The notes beneath the pieces were generated by a model. That model had not been told where the DNA came from. It did not search any database and saw nothing but the letters and a program-made list of their open reading frames with translations. Below are positions 26,701-37,830 of a DNA stretch of 64,000 bases, in pieces (the stretch's first letter is position 1; the number at the start of each line of letters is the position of its first letter). The position numbers and the translations under genes are program-made. This DNA is from Raja brachyura (taxonomy: Eukaryota). The DNA is taken from contig OY740804.1 of assembly GCA_963514005.1 (NCBI GenBank), positions 4,960,001 through 5,024,000 of the forward strand, read 5' to 3'.

Positions 26701-29700
26701 TACTAACGTATGGCATCTCTGTGTGGTATCTCAGCTGCACGGAGGCGGAGAGGAGAGCTCTTCAGCGCGTTGTCCACAGAGCGCAAAAGATTATTGGGAC
26801 ACCACTACCAGCCTTGGAGGGCATCTACCACACACGGTGCCTTAGGAACTCCGTCAGCGTCCATAAAGACTCCTCTCACCCTTGTAATGGACTGTTCGAA
26901 CTATTCCCTTCTGGCAGACGCTACAAGGCTACGCCCGCACCTCCAGACTCAGAACAGCTTCATTCCCAGAGCTATAGCGGCTCTGAACCGGCCCCGCTGA
27001 GTGCCCCCACCCCCATGGACTGTCTCCCTCGGATGGTCACGTCGCACAGACACATCTGCACTTTAGTCTGTTTTGGTTTTGACTGTTTTACTGTTCTAAT
27101 GTTCTTTTCACAAATCTTGTTCTCGGGGTATCTGAACCTAAATTTTATTAGTCGCTTAAGTTATGACATCGGATGGAAGTTGCAAACCAAATCTCGTTGC
27201 ACTTATGTGTAATGACAATAAAATATATTATTATTATTATGTACAATTTCATGATCATGTTCATGATTTTAACTGTTAATATGTGTGAATCACTGGAACT
27301 CCAGTAATCTCACATAATTAAAGTGGACCTACTTGGCTGTCACTCCATCAAGTATGACCCTTACATTAGTCAAAGAGAATTTAAAAATGAAACTCCCAGT
27401 AGGTGTGGAGACGCTCTGATTGGAAGTCCATAAGAGAGCGTGAATGGTTTACATCGGTGAGACCAAGCGCAGCCAAGGCCACTTCTTCTTAAAATATTTC
27501 AGTGTCATTCACACTTGAGTCTTTAGCACAAAATTTCATTCACCATTCGACTAAATTTTCTTATGTTTTGTTTGATAATTTTCATCTTATTCTCCCTTGT
27601 GTATAATTGTATATATAATTTGTATATATCATTCAGTTTCAGGAGCGCTGTGGGCAGAGAGTGAAGTAAGCGGGGTTGTGGGAAGAGCGATCACAATCGA
27701 TTGTCACTATGCAGCAGTGTACCGCTCACACACAAAATACTGGTGCCCTGGGACAAGTCGCCAGTGTACACATGTAGTGGAAACAAATGGGAAACATGGA
27801 CAGAGCGGAAGAGTGTCAATCGCAGATAACCCGGCACGAGGAATATTTACTGTGACTGTGGAGGATCTTCACTCTGGAGATACAGGATGGTACAGTTGTG
27901 GAATTACTACACCTGGCGAACCAACATTTAATGTACATCTCCAAGTATCTGAAGGTAGGTTTCTCAGTGAGTGAATTTATGTCTCCACTTTGGCATCCAC
28001 ACAAAACATTAGTTAGCTGGGTGTCTGGTGCACAGTTCTGGTCGCCGCTTTATAAAACAAAAGATGTGAAAGGTTTGGAGAGTTTGCAGAAAAGGTTCAC
28101 CCGGATATTTAGTTGTAGTTTACGAATGCAACATAGAAACTGATCCTTTGGCCCACCGAGTCCACACCGACTAGCGATCACCGGTCACACTAGTTCTATG
28201 TTATTCCACTTTCCCATTCGCTCCCTACACACAATTCTACAATACCACCATTCACGCACCTCATTAGTGCAACAGTATCACTATCAACAATGTTATACAA
28301 GGAAATTAAAAAGTTGTTGATAGTGATACTGTTGCACTAATGAAGTGTTTGAATGTTGGTATTGTAGAATTGTGGCAGAGTTTCAGATTAAAAGAAGATT
28401 ATCTGCAGATGCTGGAATTGTAAAACAAAGAGAGATGGTGCTGCTGTGTACTGGTACAGTGTCAGACATGGTAGTGCTGGCAGCTGGGAGGATGGAGAGA
28501 CGCAGAGATGTACAAATCTGGTAAATGGATTGTGAGGAGAAGCTTTCTGATGGGCAATTTGTCTGTCACTTTGAAATGTAACATCTGAGTAGCTGACATT
28601 GTCCTCATCTGCACTGGAGTGAGTCCCTGTCGATTTCCTTCATAATTGCATTTCTGCACATACAGTTTGATTTTGATTCGACAAATGGGCAGCTTCCTTG
28701 TTGCTTTGAACATCCAGCACTGTTGCATAAATGATGCTCCCCTTTCCTGCTGGTAATTCCTGAAATGTAAAAGAGAATCCAAGATTGTCTGATGATTTGT
28801 CTGATTTGTCGTCAGTTTTAAACACCATGTTATAGGAAAGATGCTGTCAAGTTAGATAGAGTGCAGAGAAGACTTACAAGGATGTTGCGATGACTTGAGG
28901 GCCAGACCTACAGATAGGGGTTGAGCAATCTAGGACTTTACTTCTTGGAGCGCAGGAGGATGAGGGATGATCTTCTGGCAGGTAAACAAAAATCATGCAA
29001 CGAATAGATGTAGTAAATGCACAGAGTCTATTGCCCAGAGTGGGGTAATCGTGAACCAGAGGACATTGTTTTAAGATGAGTGGGGAATGATTTAACAAGA
29101 ATCTGGGGAGTAACGTTTTTACAAAAAGGTTGGTAGGTATATGAAACGAACTGCTGACAGAAGTAGTTATGGCAGGTACTCTTGCAACATTTAAGAAAAA
29201 TTTGGACAGGTACATGAATAGGATACGTTTAGATGGTTAAAGGTCAAGCAAGGGCTGGTGGAACTAGTGTAGATTGGGTGTGTTGGTCAGCACGGACATG
29301 TTAGACCGAAGGGCCTGTTTCTACGCTGTATGACTCTATGTAAATGGATGGGTCAGTTTCCACCCTGGTGGCTCTGGCTAAGGTACAGAGATGGTGGATA
29401 TTGGCGAGTGTTTGATTTTCAGATGTTCACTCAGTGTCTGACTGTTTGCTCCTTTCCCACAGAACCCGTGTCTGTTCCTGTGCTTGGATTCCTGTCACCA
29501 GCCAATGTCTCCTGTCTCGGGGGCTCAGTGACAGTGTCCTGTGAGTCGATCTGGGGATCCCTTCCCATTAGCTACAGCTGGTACGAAAAGACCCCATCTG
29601 GGGATTCAAAGATCTCAGACAACAATACCCTGGATCTACATTGTCAATCCTTCCAACACCAGCACCATCACTATTATTGCATAGCCTCAAATCAACGTGG

Positions 29701-32700
29701 ATCAAAATCCAGTGAAATGGTCAATGTGTCCATCTCCAGCAGTGACGTGCCCTGCAGTTTCCTAGTGAAAATCAACGGCACTGGTAAGTAGTGGAGGGAA
29801 TGAGGACAAGAAGGGGAAGTGAGGGTGGGGTGGTTCATAAGATTACGTGATAGAAACAGAAATAGAATATTCAATCATGGCTGATCTATCTTCCCCGCTT
29901 CAACCCCCGACACCCTGAAATCCATGCACGTTATTTAATTAACTTATCAAGATCAAAATGATGGAATTATGGCCCATTTGTCATTACTTGGTTGCTGGGC
30001 TCCAGAAATAGATTTCCCAGTGCTGGTGTGGGCCAGCTTCCCGGCTAGAACTTCCTCTTATGTTCACACAGCTTTAAACTAGGTTTGCAGTGACATCAGT
30101 CCAAGCACTTTCACTTTCCATCATCTCCACATGACCGACGCTCAAATATGGGAAGGGAACAGAAATGATCCGTAAATGTGGCCACAGTTAACTCCTAGAC
30201 ACTATCAGCTTTGGTGCACTGTGTTACCATTAAGTACAATTGATACTTATCCCATTTTTACCAGCCCCTCATCCATAGTCTTCTCAGACTTGACAATTCA
30301 AGTGCCCTCACCATCTAGGTTTAAAAATATTTCTTGCTCTGATACCTTCCGAATATTCTACTCCTTAACCCAACCCAATGTTCCCCACTTCTACGCACAT
30401 CTGCTGTGTTGATTTTCCACGAAGTACCTTATCTATGTCCCTCACAGCATTGCATAACCTGTAATAGCTTCCTCGTTCCTCTCTGGTGTGGAATAAAAAT
30501 CCCATCTATCCAGTTTAGTTTAGAGATCCAGTGTGGAAGCAGCTGCCTTTAACCGGCACACCAATTCTACAACTAGGGACAATTCTAAATTAAGGGACAA
30601 TTTACAGGAGCCATTTAACCTACAAACCTGCACGTCTTTAGTTTAGAGATTCAGCGCGGAAACAAGCCCTTCTGCCCACCGGGTCCACGCCGACCAGTGA
30701 TCCCCGCACATTATTAACCATCCTACACTCACTAGGGATAATTTTTACATTTACCAAGCCATTTAACCTACAAACCTGTACGTCTTTGGGGTGTGGGGGG
30801 AAACCGAAGATCTCGGAGAAAACCCATGCAGGTCACGGGGAGAACGTACAAACTCCGTACGTGGTCAGGATCGATCCCGGGCTGCATTCGTTGTAAGGCA
30901 GCAACTCTACAACTGCGCCACTGTGCCGCCATACTGTTGGCGTCCTGAGATGTAACCAGTGCTCCAGACTTCAGAATGCAGGGGAAACTGGAGTGCTTGG
31001 AGAAAACCCACGCAATCACAAGGAGGAGGTACAAATTGCGTACAGACAGCATTCATAATCAGGATCGAACCCTTGCCTCTGGCGCTGTAAGGCAGCAACT
31101 CTGCCGCTGCGCCACCGTGCCGTCTACACCTGGCGCCAGAATTGTTACCAGCCCTCCTGCTTGTTATGATAACATCTCCCATTTTCAGGGCTGGACTTAC
31201 CTATAAGCTAAATAAGCTATAGCTTAAGGCCACACACCCTCGGGGGCCTCATTTTTTGAAATATATTTTAATGTTATCATTTTTTAACCCTAATTTTTTT
31301 AGAGAAGGGCCTCAAATTTCATACAGCTTAGGGCCTCAGCAGGTGAAAGTCCGGCACTGCCCATTTGCTGCAAATCACACTGAAGAAGCATTACCCTGTC
31401 TGTTAAGCCTATCAACATCGGAAAATCATACCTACTTGTTCAACTGCAAGTGAAAAGCAGTGAAACTGACTTTTATTTCCTTGTTCCAACAGGTCATGAA
31501 TATTCTTGTGAAAATTCGGTAACATCCAATTACACTGCAAGGTAAACCACTCTGTTTCCAATTAAAGTTACAATGTATTAATTGCTGGAGTTTTGATTGG
31601 GAATGCTTTAATTCGGAGAAAGTTATGCCTTCCTTTCACTGGCATTAAATGCTTGAGAGTATTGATCTGAATGCACAGTGGCACAGTGGAATGGGTGGGG
31701 CGGGGGAGGGAGGGTGTTGGACGGTAGTGGTAGTTGATGAGAAAGTAGGGAAAATAAAGATAGGATTGACACAGGAATCTTGTGAATGCAGTTGACTGAA
31801 CGGCCAAATGACCTATTTCTCTACTGTGTTTCTCTATGGGCCTTTGATCCAATGAACCCAAATATCCGGAAACACAATCAATTGTTGTACATGCTTCAAG
31901 CCTGACACCAAATATAAATTTATCTTTTAAATATTCTTTAATAAAATAAATATAACATGCAAACCAGTTATTAGTTAACTCATCAGAAGGGGAATCGCAC
32001 TGGGTTTACATCTCATTGTGTTGTGCACATGCTTGGATGATAAGAACATGTTCCTCCATTTGCTGCTTTTCAGAGAGTGCTCCCTGCAGTATTCACCATG
32101 ACGTCTCCATCACTAATCTCATCACATGCTGTGAGATGAATATAGTTGCCAAACCCAAGTTTTGCAGTTTAGCTTTGCTGTGACTTGCTCTGGTGTGTTG
32201 CTGATAGGAAAATGCATTGTGAATTATGGGCGAAGCCACCCCCCTTGAGATCACTTGTGGCAACGCCTTGCAATTGTTTGGGACATACACCATAAAATCG
32301 CTGCCGCAGAATGTGACAAAATAGTCTTGAATCAGACTGAATACAGCGAAATGAGAAAACTGACGCTATTTTACTCGTTGAAACTTGAAACCATTACATA
32401 TTCAATCATAGAAACAAAGAAAATAGGTGCAGGAGGAGGCCATTCAGCCCTTCGAGCCAGCACCACCATTCATTGTGATCATCGCTGAACGTCCCCTATC
32501 AATAACCCGTGCCTGCCTTCTCCCCATATCCCTCGACTCCACTAGCCCCTACAGCTCTAACTAACTCTCTCTTAAATCCATCCAGTGGTTTGGCCTCCAC
32601 TGCCCTCTGCGGCAGGGAATTCCATAAATTCAAAACTCTCTGGGTGAAAAGTTTTTCTCAACTCAGTCTTAAATGACCCCCCCTTTATTCTAAGAATGTG

Positions 32701-35700
32701 GCCCCTTATTCTGGACTCGCCCAACATTGGGAACATTTTTCCTGCATCTAGCTTGCCCAGTCCTTTAATAATTTTACATGTTTCTATAAGATCCCCCCCC
32801 CTACCCCCAATACCATGTGCTCTCATCTGCCTCAATCATAAGGATGTCTTTCCTCAAAATAGGAGACCAAAACTGTACACAATACTACAGATGTGGTCTC
32901 ACCAGAGCCCTGTACAACTGCAGAAGAACCTCTTTACTCCTATACTGAAATCCTTTTGTTATGAAGGCCAACATTCCATTAGCTTTGTTCACTGCCTGCT
33001 GTACCTGTAAGCCAACATTCAGTGAATGGTGTACAAGGATGCCCAGGTCTCGCTGCACCTCCACCTTACAATACCACATTGAGATAATAATCTGCCTCCT
33101 TTTTGCCACCAAAGTGGATAACCTCACATTTATCTATATTATACTGCATCTGCCACGCATCTGCCCACTCACTCAACCTGTCCAGGTCACCCTGCAATCT
33201 CCTAACATCCGCTTCACAGTTCACACTGCTTTGTTTCATCTGCAAACTTGCTAGTGTTGCTCCTAATTCCCTCTTCCAAATCATTAATATACATGGTAAA
33301 CAGTTGCGGCCCCAACACCGAGCCTTGTGGCACTCCACTCACCACTGCCTGCCATTCTGAAAAGGACCCGTTCACTCCTACTCTTTGGTTTCGGTCTGCC
33401 AACCAATTTTCTATCCATGTCAACACCCTACACCCAATACCATGTGTTCTAAATTTAGTCACCAGTCTCCCATGCGGGACCTTATTAGAGGCTTTCTGAA
33501 AGTCTAGATACACTACATCCACTGGCGCCCCTTCATTCATTTTACTTGTCACATCCTCAAAAAATTCCAGAAGATTAGTCAAGCATGATTTCCCTTTCAT
33601 AAATCCATGTTGACTTGGACTAATCCTTTTAACCATATAACCATATAACCATATAACAATTACAGCACGGAAACAGGCCTTCTCGGCCCTTCCAGTCCGT
33701 GCCGACCATTTATTTTCCCCTAGTCCCATCCACCTGCACTCAGACCATACCCCTCCATTCCCTTCTTGTCCATATACCTATCCACTTTACTTTTAAATGT
33801 TAAAATCAATCTTGCCTCCACCACTTCTGCTGGAAGCTCATTCCACACAGCCACCACTCTCTGAGTAAAGAAGTTCCCCCTCATGTTACCCCTAATCTTC
33901 TGTCCCTTAATTCTCATGTGATGCCCTCTTGTTTGAATCTTCCCTACCCTCAATGGGAAAAGCTTATCCACGTCAACTCTGTCTATCCCTTTCATCATTT
34001 TAAAGACCTCAATCAAGTCCCCCCTTTAACCTTCTGCACTCCAAAGAATAAAGACCTAACTTGTTCAACCTTTCTCTGTAACTTAGTTGCTGGAACCCAG
34101 GCAACATTCTAGTAAATCTCCTCTGTACTCTCTCTATTTTGTTGACATCCTTCCTATAATTAGGTGACCAAAATTGTACACCATACTCCAGAATTGGTCT
34201 CACCACTGCCTTGCACAATTTTAACATTACTTCCCTACTCCTATATTCAATGCTCTGATTTATAAAGGCCAGCACACCAAAAGCTTTCTTTACCACCCTA
34301 TCTACATGCGATTCCACCTTCAGGGAACTATGCACAGTTATTCCTAGATCCCTCTGTTCCACAGCATTCCTCAATTCCCTACCATTTACCATGTACGTCC
34401 TATTTTGATTTGTCCTGCCAAGATGTAGCACCTCACACTTATCAGCATTAAACTCCATCTGCCATTTTTCAGCCCACTCTTTCAAATGGCCCAAATCTCA
34501 CTGTAGACTTTGAAAATCTACTTCATTATCCACAGCACCACCTATCTTAGTATCATCTGCATACTTACTTATCCAATTTTCCACCCCATCATCTAGATCA
34601 TTGATGTACATGACAAACAACAGTGGACCCAACACAGATCCCTGAAGCACCCCACTGGTCACAGGCTTCCAACCTGACAAACAACCATCCACCATTACTC
34701 TCTGGCATCTCCCATTCAGCCACTGTTGAATCTATCTTGCCAATCCGCCATTAACACCCAAAGATTGAACCTTCTTAACCAACCTTCCATGGGGAACCTT
34801 GTCAAAAGCCTTACTGAAATCCATATAGACAACATCCACTGCTTTACCCTCATCAATTTCCCTAGTAACCTCTTCAAACAATTCTAGAAGGTTTGTCAAA
34901 CATGTTGACTGTTCTTGATCAGACCCTGTTTATCCTACGCCGTCGAATCCCGTCCGTACCTCTCACAATGGAGTCTCCAACTACAATGGCATTGCCTGAC
35001 GTTGGCCTCTTTGTTTTTGGCTCAACAGCCCTTTTTGCTTCGCAAGCCAGTCCGCCGCTCAGTGTGATAACATCTTCTGTCCCAACAGCTTCTAAGTGGG
35101 TGAATCTGTTCACAAAAGGCACAACACCCGGGGACCTGTGCATTCCAAGTTTCCCTCCCTTTCCCACCGTCACTAACCTTCTCTCTTCCAGTACCTTAGG
35201 TGTAACAATCTTACTGCAGGACTTGTCAAGGAATTACTCCGTTTCTCGGACAAACCTGAGGTCATCCACTTGCTTCTCCAGTTCCCCAACACGGTCCTTC
35301 AGGAGCTGTACCTGGATGCACTTCTCACATTTGTAGCAGCCAGAAGCACCAGCAGTGTCCTTGACCTCCCACATACTGCAAGCATCACACTGAATCAGTT
35401 TGCTTGACGTCTCCTTCTTTCGTCTCTCCCTCTCCAGCATTTTGCATAGCCTCCTCACCGAAGACTCTTGAGCCAAAGACTCACACTGCCGCTCCCTAAG
35501 GGCCGTCTTGCTTATATTGACTGATAAATTGCCTAATTTACCAATTTATAAAAATTAAGGGGTACAATGACTGTAATATAATACAAGGGATGTACACTAA
35601 TGTGACTTACAGTACCACTAGTAAATAAAGATATTTTTAAAAAATCTTTAATTAAACTGTTTTCCCCCTCTGACTCACTTCTAACTCTCCTCCCACCCGG

Positions 35701-37612
35701 GCAAGACACAATTAGTGTTTTCTCCTGCTTTTCTTTGTTGCTGTTGCTTCAAAATCCACAGGAGCTCTGAGTAAAGTCTGCCTGTGCTTTGCCTCTCCTT
35801 TTCAACTATTTTCTCCCTCTGACTAACTTCTAACTCTCCTCCCACTAGGGTAGAGCCATTCAATGTTTTATCCTGCTTCTCTTTGTAGCTGTTGCTTCAA
35901 AATCCACGGGAGCTCTGAGATAATATATCATACTATAGTCGTGAAAGTGAGAAACTGATGGGGTCAAACACCATAAAATCGCTGGCACAGAATATGACAA
36001 AATAGTCCTGAATCAGACCGAATACAGCAAAATGAGTTAACTGACGCTATTTTACTCGTTGAAACTTGAAACCGTTAAATATTCTATCATAATATAGTCA
36101 TGAAAGTGAGAACACTTTGTTATTTATCTTATTACAATTGAAATAGATCTGACTTTCTATCACACTCTTGCGTTGCGCTTGCGTTAGGAAACAAGGATGA
36201 TCATAAAAGCCACGCCGTTATGAGCGAACCTTTAATCGATGTTTCGAACACATTACCTCCATCCACACACCTACCGCGTTAATCCAAGAAGTAACCAGGG
36301 TGTGAAATTACGCATTATCATTTTTAATTAATTTTATTAATTGGCTTCATCTGTTTCCATATGTATTGCCACACCTCCCTTCCATCATTAGAATTGATCT
36401 GTTGTAATTATTCCTGTCTATCCATATGGATTTTATTATAATATTCCTTGCAGCTGGATTTTCTTTCTTCCAGGGTATTACACTATTCTTTGTATCCTTC
36501 CACATCCCCATTTTCCCTCTCCCGTGATTCTCGGTCTGATGAAGGGTCTCGACCCGGAACTTCACGCATTCCTTCTCTCCAGAGTTACTGCCTCTCCCGC
36601 TGTTTCTCCAACATTCTGTGTCTATCTACTCTGTATTCACTGGATTCACTGCTCCATTTCATGACTTATTTCTCTGTCTTCTCCGAATCCATTTAACCGT
36701 GCAATTTCTCATTCACAGTCTTGTAGCCATGCCCCAGCAATGAGGTCAATAATTGGTGATCATAAGTTATGAAGCAAATAACAAGTAAATGCTTCAAAGA
36801 TAAACCTGCTCGTTTCCCCCCAATGATTCTGTATCTCTTGCCCTTTACCCAGTTATATCTCATGGAAAGTGGGGCGCTGGCTGCTCTTTCTACTGCTTGT
36901 GATCTGGAGTACCTTAACCGCTGTGTTCACAAGAGGCTCTAAGGTAGGTTTTACTGTCATCATGTTCAAAAAGGAGAGGAGCAGAATTAGGCCATTCAGC
37001 CCATCAAATCTAACTCGCCTCCAATCACGGCTGATCTATCCTTCCCTCTCGATCCAAATCTCCTGCCTTCTCCCCATAACCATTTACATTATTTTTTTAA
37101 TCAAGAATATGAAAATCTCCGCCTTAAAAATATCAATTGATTTGGATAGATAAAAAAATACTGGAGTAACTCAGCGGGACAGGCAGCATCTCCGGTGTGA
37201 ATTGACTTGACATCCACAGATTCATGTGACAATGAAATCCATAGATTCACCACCATCTGACCAAAGCAATCACTTCTCTTCGCCGAATGTTTCCAAACGG
37301 TTTCCATTAATGCTTTCAAATATCCTGTCCATTGATAGAAACAAAAACCGTGCACCTTTTCAAATCCTGAAGTCAAACCAAATCTCTATGTAGATAATAG
37401 CACTAGTTTTTGTTAGGTTGTACGTGTGCAGGGTGGATTTCTGTGCCCGGTGTGGATTCGTTGGGGTCCATCTTCCAGACAGCAATGTGTTGGGAGTGGT
37501 CGGGTCAAATAAAGCGTGGTTCCCACTGCCAGTGAGACTGATTACTTCACATTGTCTTTTGCAGAGACGCGATGAATCAGAACTTCGCCACTCGGCCCAC
37601 GAATTACAATGA
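20707..37612 (+). CDS. Gene A: CD300/pIgR-related V-C2-V-C2 Ig-superfamily receptor, activating type (505 aa, 8 exons)
   Basis: join(20707-20755,22106-22426,25848-26168,27637-27954,29463-29783,31493-31541,36853-36943,37565-37612) = 1518 nt. All introns are GT-AG, phases are consistent (1,1,1,1,1,2,0), and there are no internal stops. Confidence 0.85.
22106..22426 (+). CDS. Gene A exon 2, V-set Ig domain V1 (CD300/pIgR type)
   Basis: ITIDCHY, KYWC-x6-C second disulfide, GRVSITD, FTVTV.DL..GDTG.YSCG. ctcag acceptor and G|GTACGT donor. Confidence 0.92.
22995..24915 (-). mobile_element. Penelope-like fragment (+) split by an internally deleted CR1 (-, ~23350-24340)
   Basis: CR1 ORFs 23715-24020 and part of 24107-24544 with (tagaaaca)n tail. 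Flanks resemble the Penelope GIY-YIG region and pLTR. Paralog at about 44945-47440. Confidence 0.75.
25848..26168 (+). CDS. Gene A exon 3, C2-type Ig domain C1 (FCRL/PECAM-like)
   Basis: EPVSAPVL...SVSCES.RGSLPI.YTW...YYCTASN. cccacag acceptor and G|GTGCGT donor. Confidence 0.9.
26556..27239 (+). mobile_element. Rex1/Babar-clade LINE 3' fragment
   Basis: FYRCTTESILTYGISVWY...LQRVVHRAQKIIG...LFELFPSGRRY and (att)n tail. Confidence 0.85.
27637..27954 (+). CDS. Gene A exon 4, V-set Ig domain V2
   Basis: VSGALWAES...KYWCPGTSRQC...DTGWYSCG. attcag acceptor and G|GTAGGT donor. Confidence 0.92.
28230..28374. repeat. Intronic inverted repeat (61-bp arms, 23-bp loop)
   Basis: 28230-28290 is the reverse complement of 28314-28374, with the inner 29 bp perfect. 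Paralog at 51323-51467. Confidence 0.9.
29463..29783 (+). CDS. Gene A exon 5, C2-type Ig domain C2
   Basis: EPVSVPVL...VSCESIWGSLPISYSWY...YYCIASN. cccacag acceptor and G|GTAAGT donor. Confidence 0.9.
31186..31359. mobile_element. hAT-type MITE (gene A only)
   Basis: TIRs CAGGGCTGGACTT / AAGTCCGGCACTG, 8-bp TSD cccatttt/cccatttg. Empty sites in paralogs at about 8337 and 54026. Confidence 0.75.
31493..31541 (+). CDS. Gene A exon 6, 49-nt stalk exon (G)HEYSCENSVTSNYTA(S)
   Basis: ttccaacag acceptor, AG|GTAAAC donor, phase 1 to 2. Same length in three copies. Confidence 0.8.
32408..35920 (-). mobile_element. Two abutting or nested CR1 LINEs (32408-33630; 33631-35920, the latter internally deleted but keeping ORF1 and 5' tandem repeats)
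   Basis: RT motifs in ORFs 33214-33729 and 34009-34695. ORF1 CDACSMWEV...CEKC and VVGDSIVRG. (aaccatat)n tail at 33631. About 148-bp tandem unit at 35660-35919. Confidence 0.88.
36853..36943 (+). CDS. Gene A exon 7, transmembrane exon with Arg: YISWKVGRWLLFLLLVIWSTLTAVFTRGSK
   Basis: Long polypyrimidine tract ending cccag, phase-2 start matching the stalk exon, AAG|GTAGGT donor. Conserved in the relics at 10308 and 16345. Confidence 0.82.
37565..37612 (+). CDS. Gene A exon 8, short cytoplasmic tail RRDESELRHSAHELQ*
   Basis: tcttttgcag acceptor, phase 0, stop conserved in three copies. Confidence 0.78.
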   Translation, partial: RRDESELRHSAHELQ

Positions 37613-37810
37613 AGACTCCTAATTTGCACCATCTTAATTTTTGTCACCAAGGTTTATTTCATCAGCTTCGAACTATTGTTTTAACCTTTGTGTGGTTTCT
37701 GCTGCTCCAGAGTTTTATATTCTGTTAACCTATATTATATGCATACAACTTCCTGGGAAAAAAAACTGAATTCACCGATTAATGAATAATAATGTAATAG
37801 ACCGCTTCTT

Positions 37811-37830
37811 AATAAATGGTTGTCAATAAA
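37811..37830 (+). terminator. Twin polyadenylation signals of gene A
   Basis: AATAAA at 37811 and 37825, about 200 nt after the stop. Conserved at 11267/11284 and 17504/17521. Confidence 0.65.

Noticed and set aside
27444-27462. ATG GTT TAC ATC G|GTGAGA as a second leader exon before V2
   Set aside because: Too short, and it matches the Penelope YIGETKR remnant.
20707-31545. Gene A as a TM-less cassette obligately sharing the gene B TM/ITIM tail (protocadherin/UGT1-like)
   Set aside because: Gene A has its own phase-compatible TM exon (36853-36943), tail exon and poly(A) signals.
35660-35919. Two-copy tandem repeat of about 148 bp as an independent element
   Set aside because: Its position just upstream of CR1 ORF1 fits CR1 5' UTR repeats.
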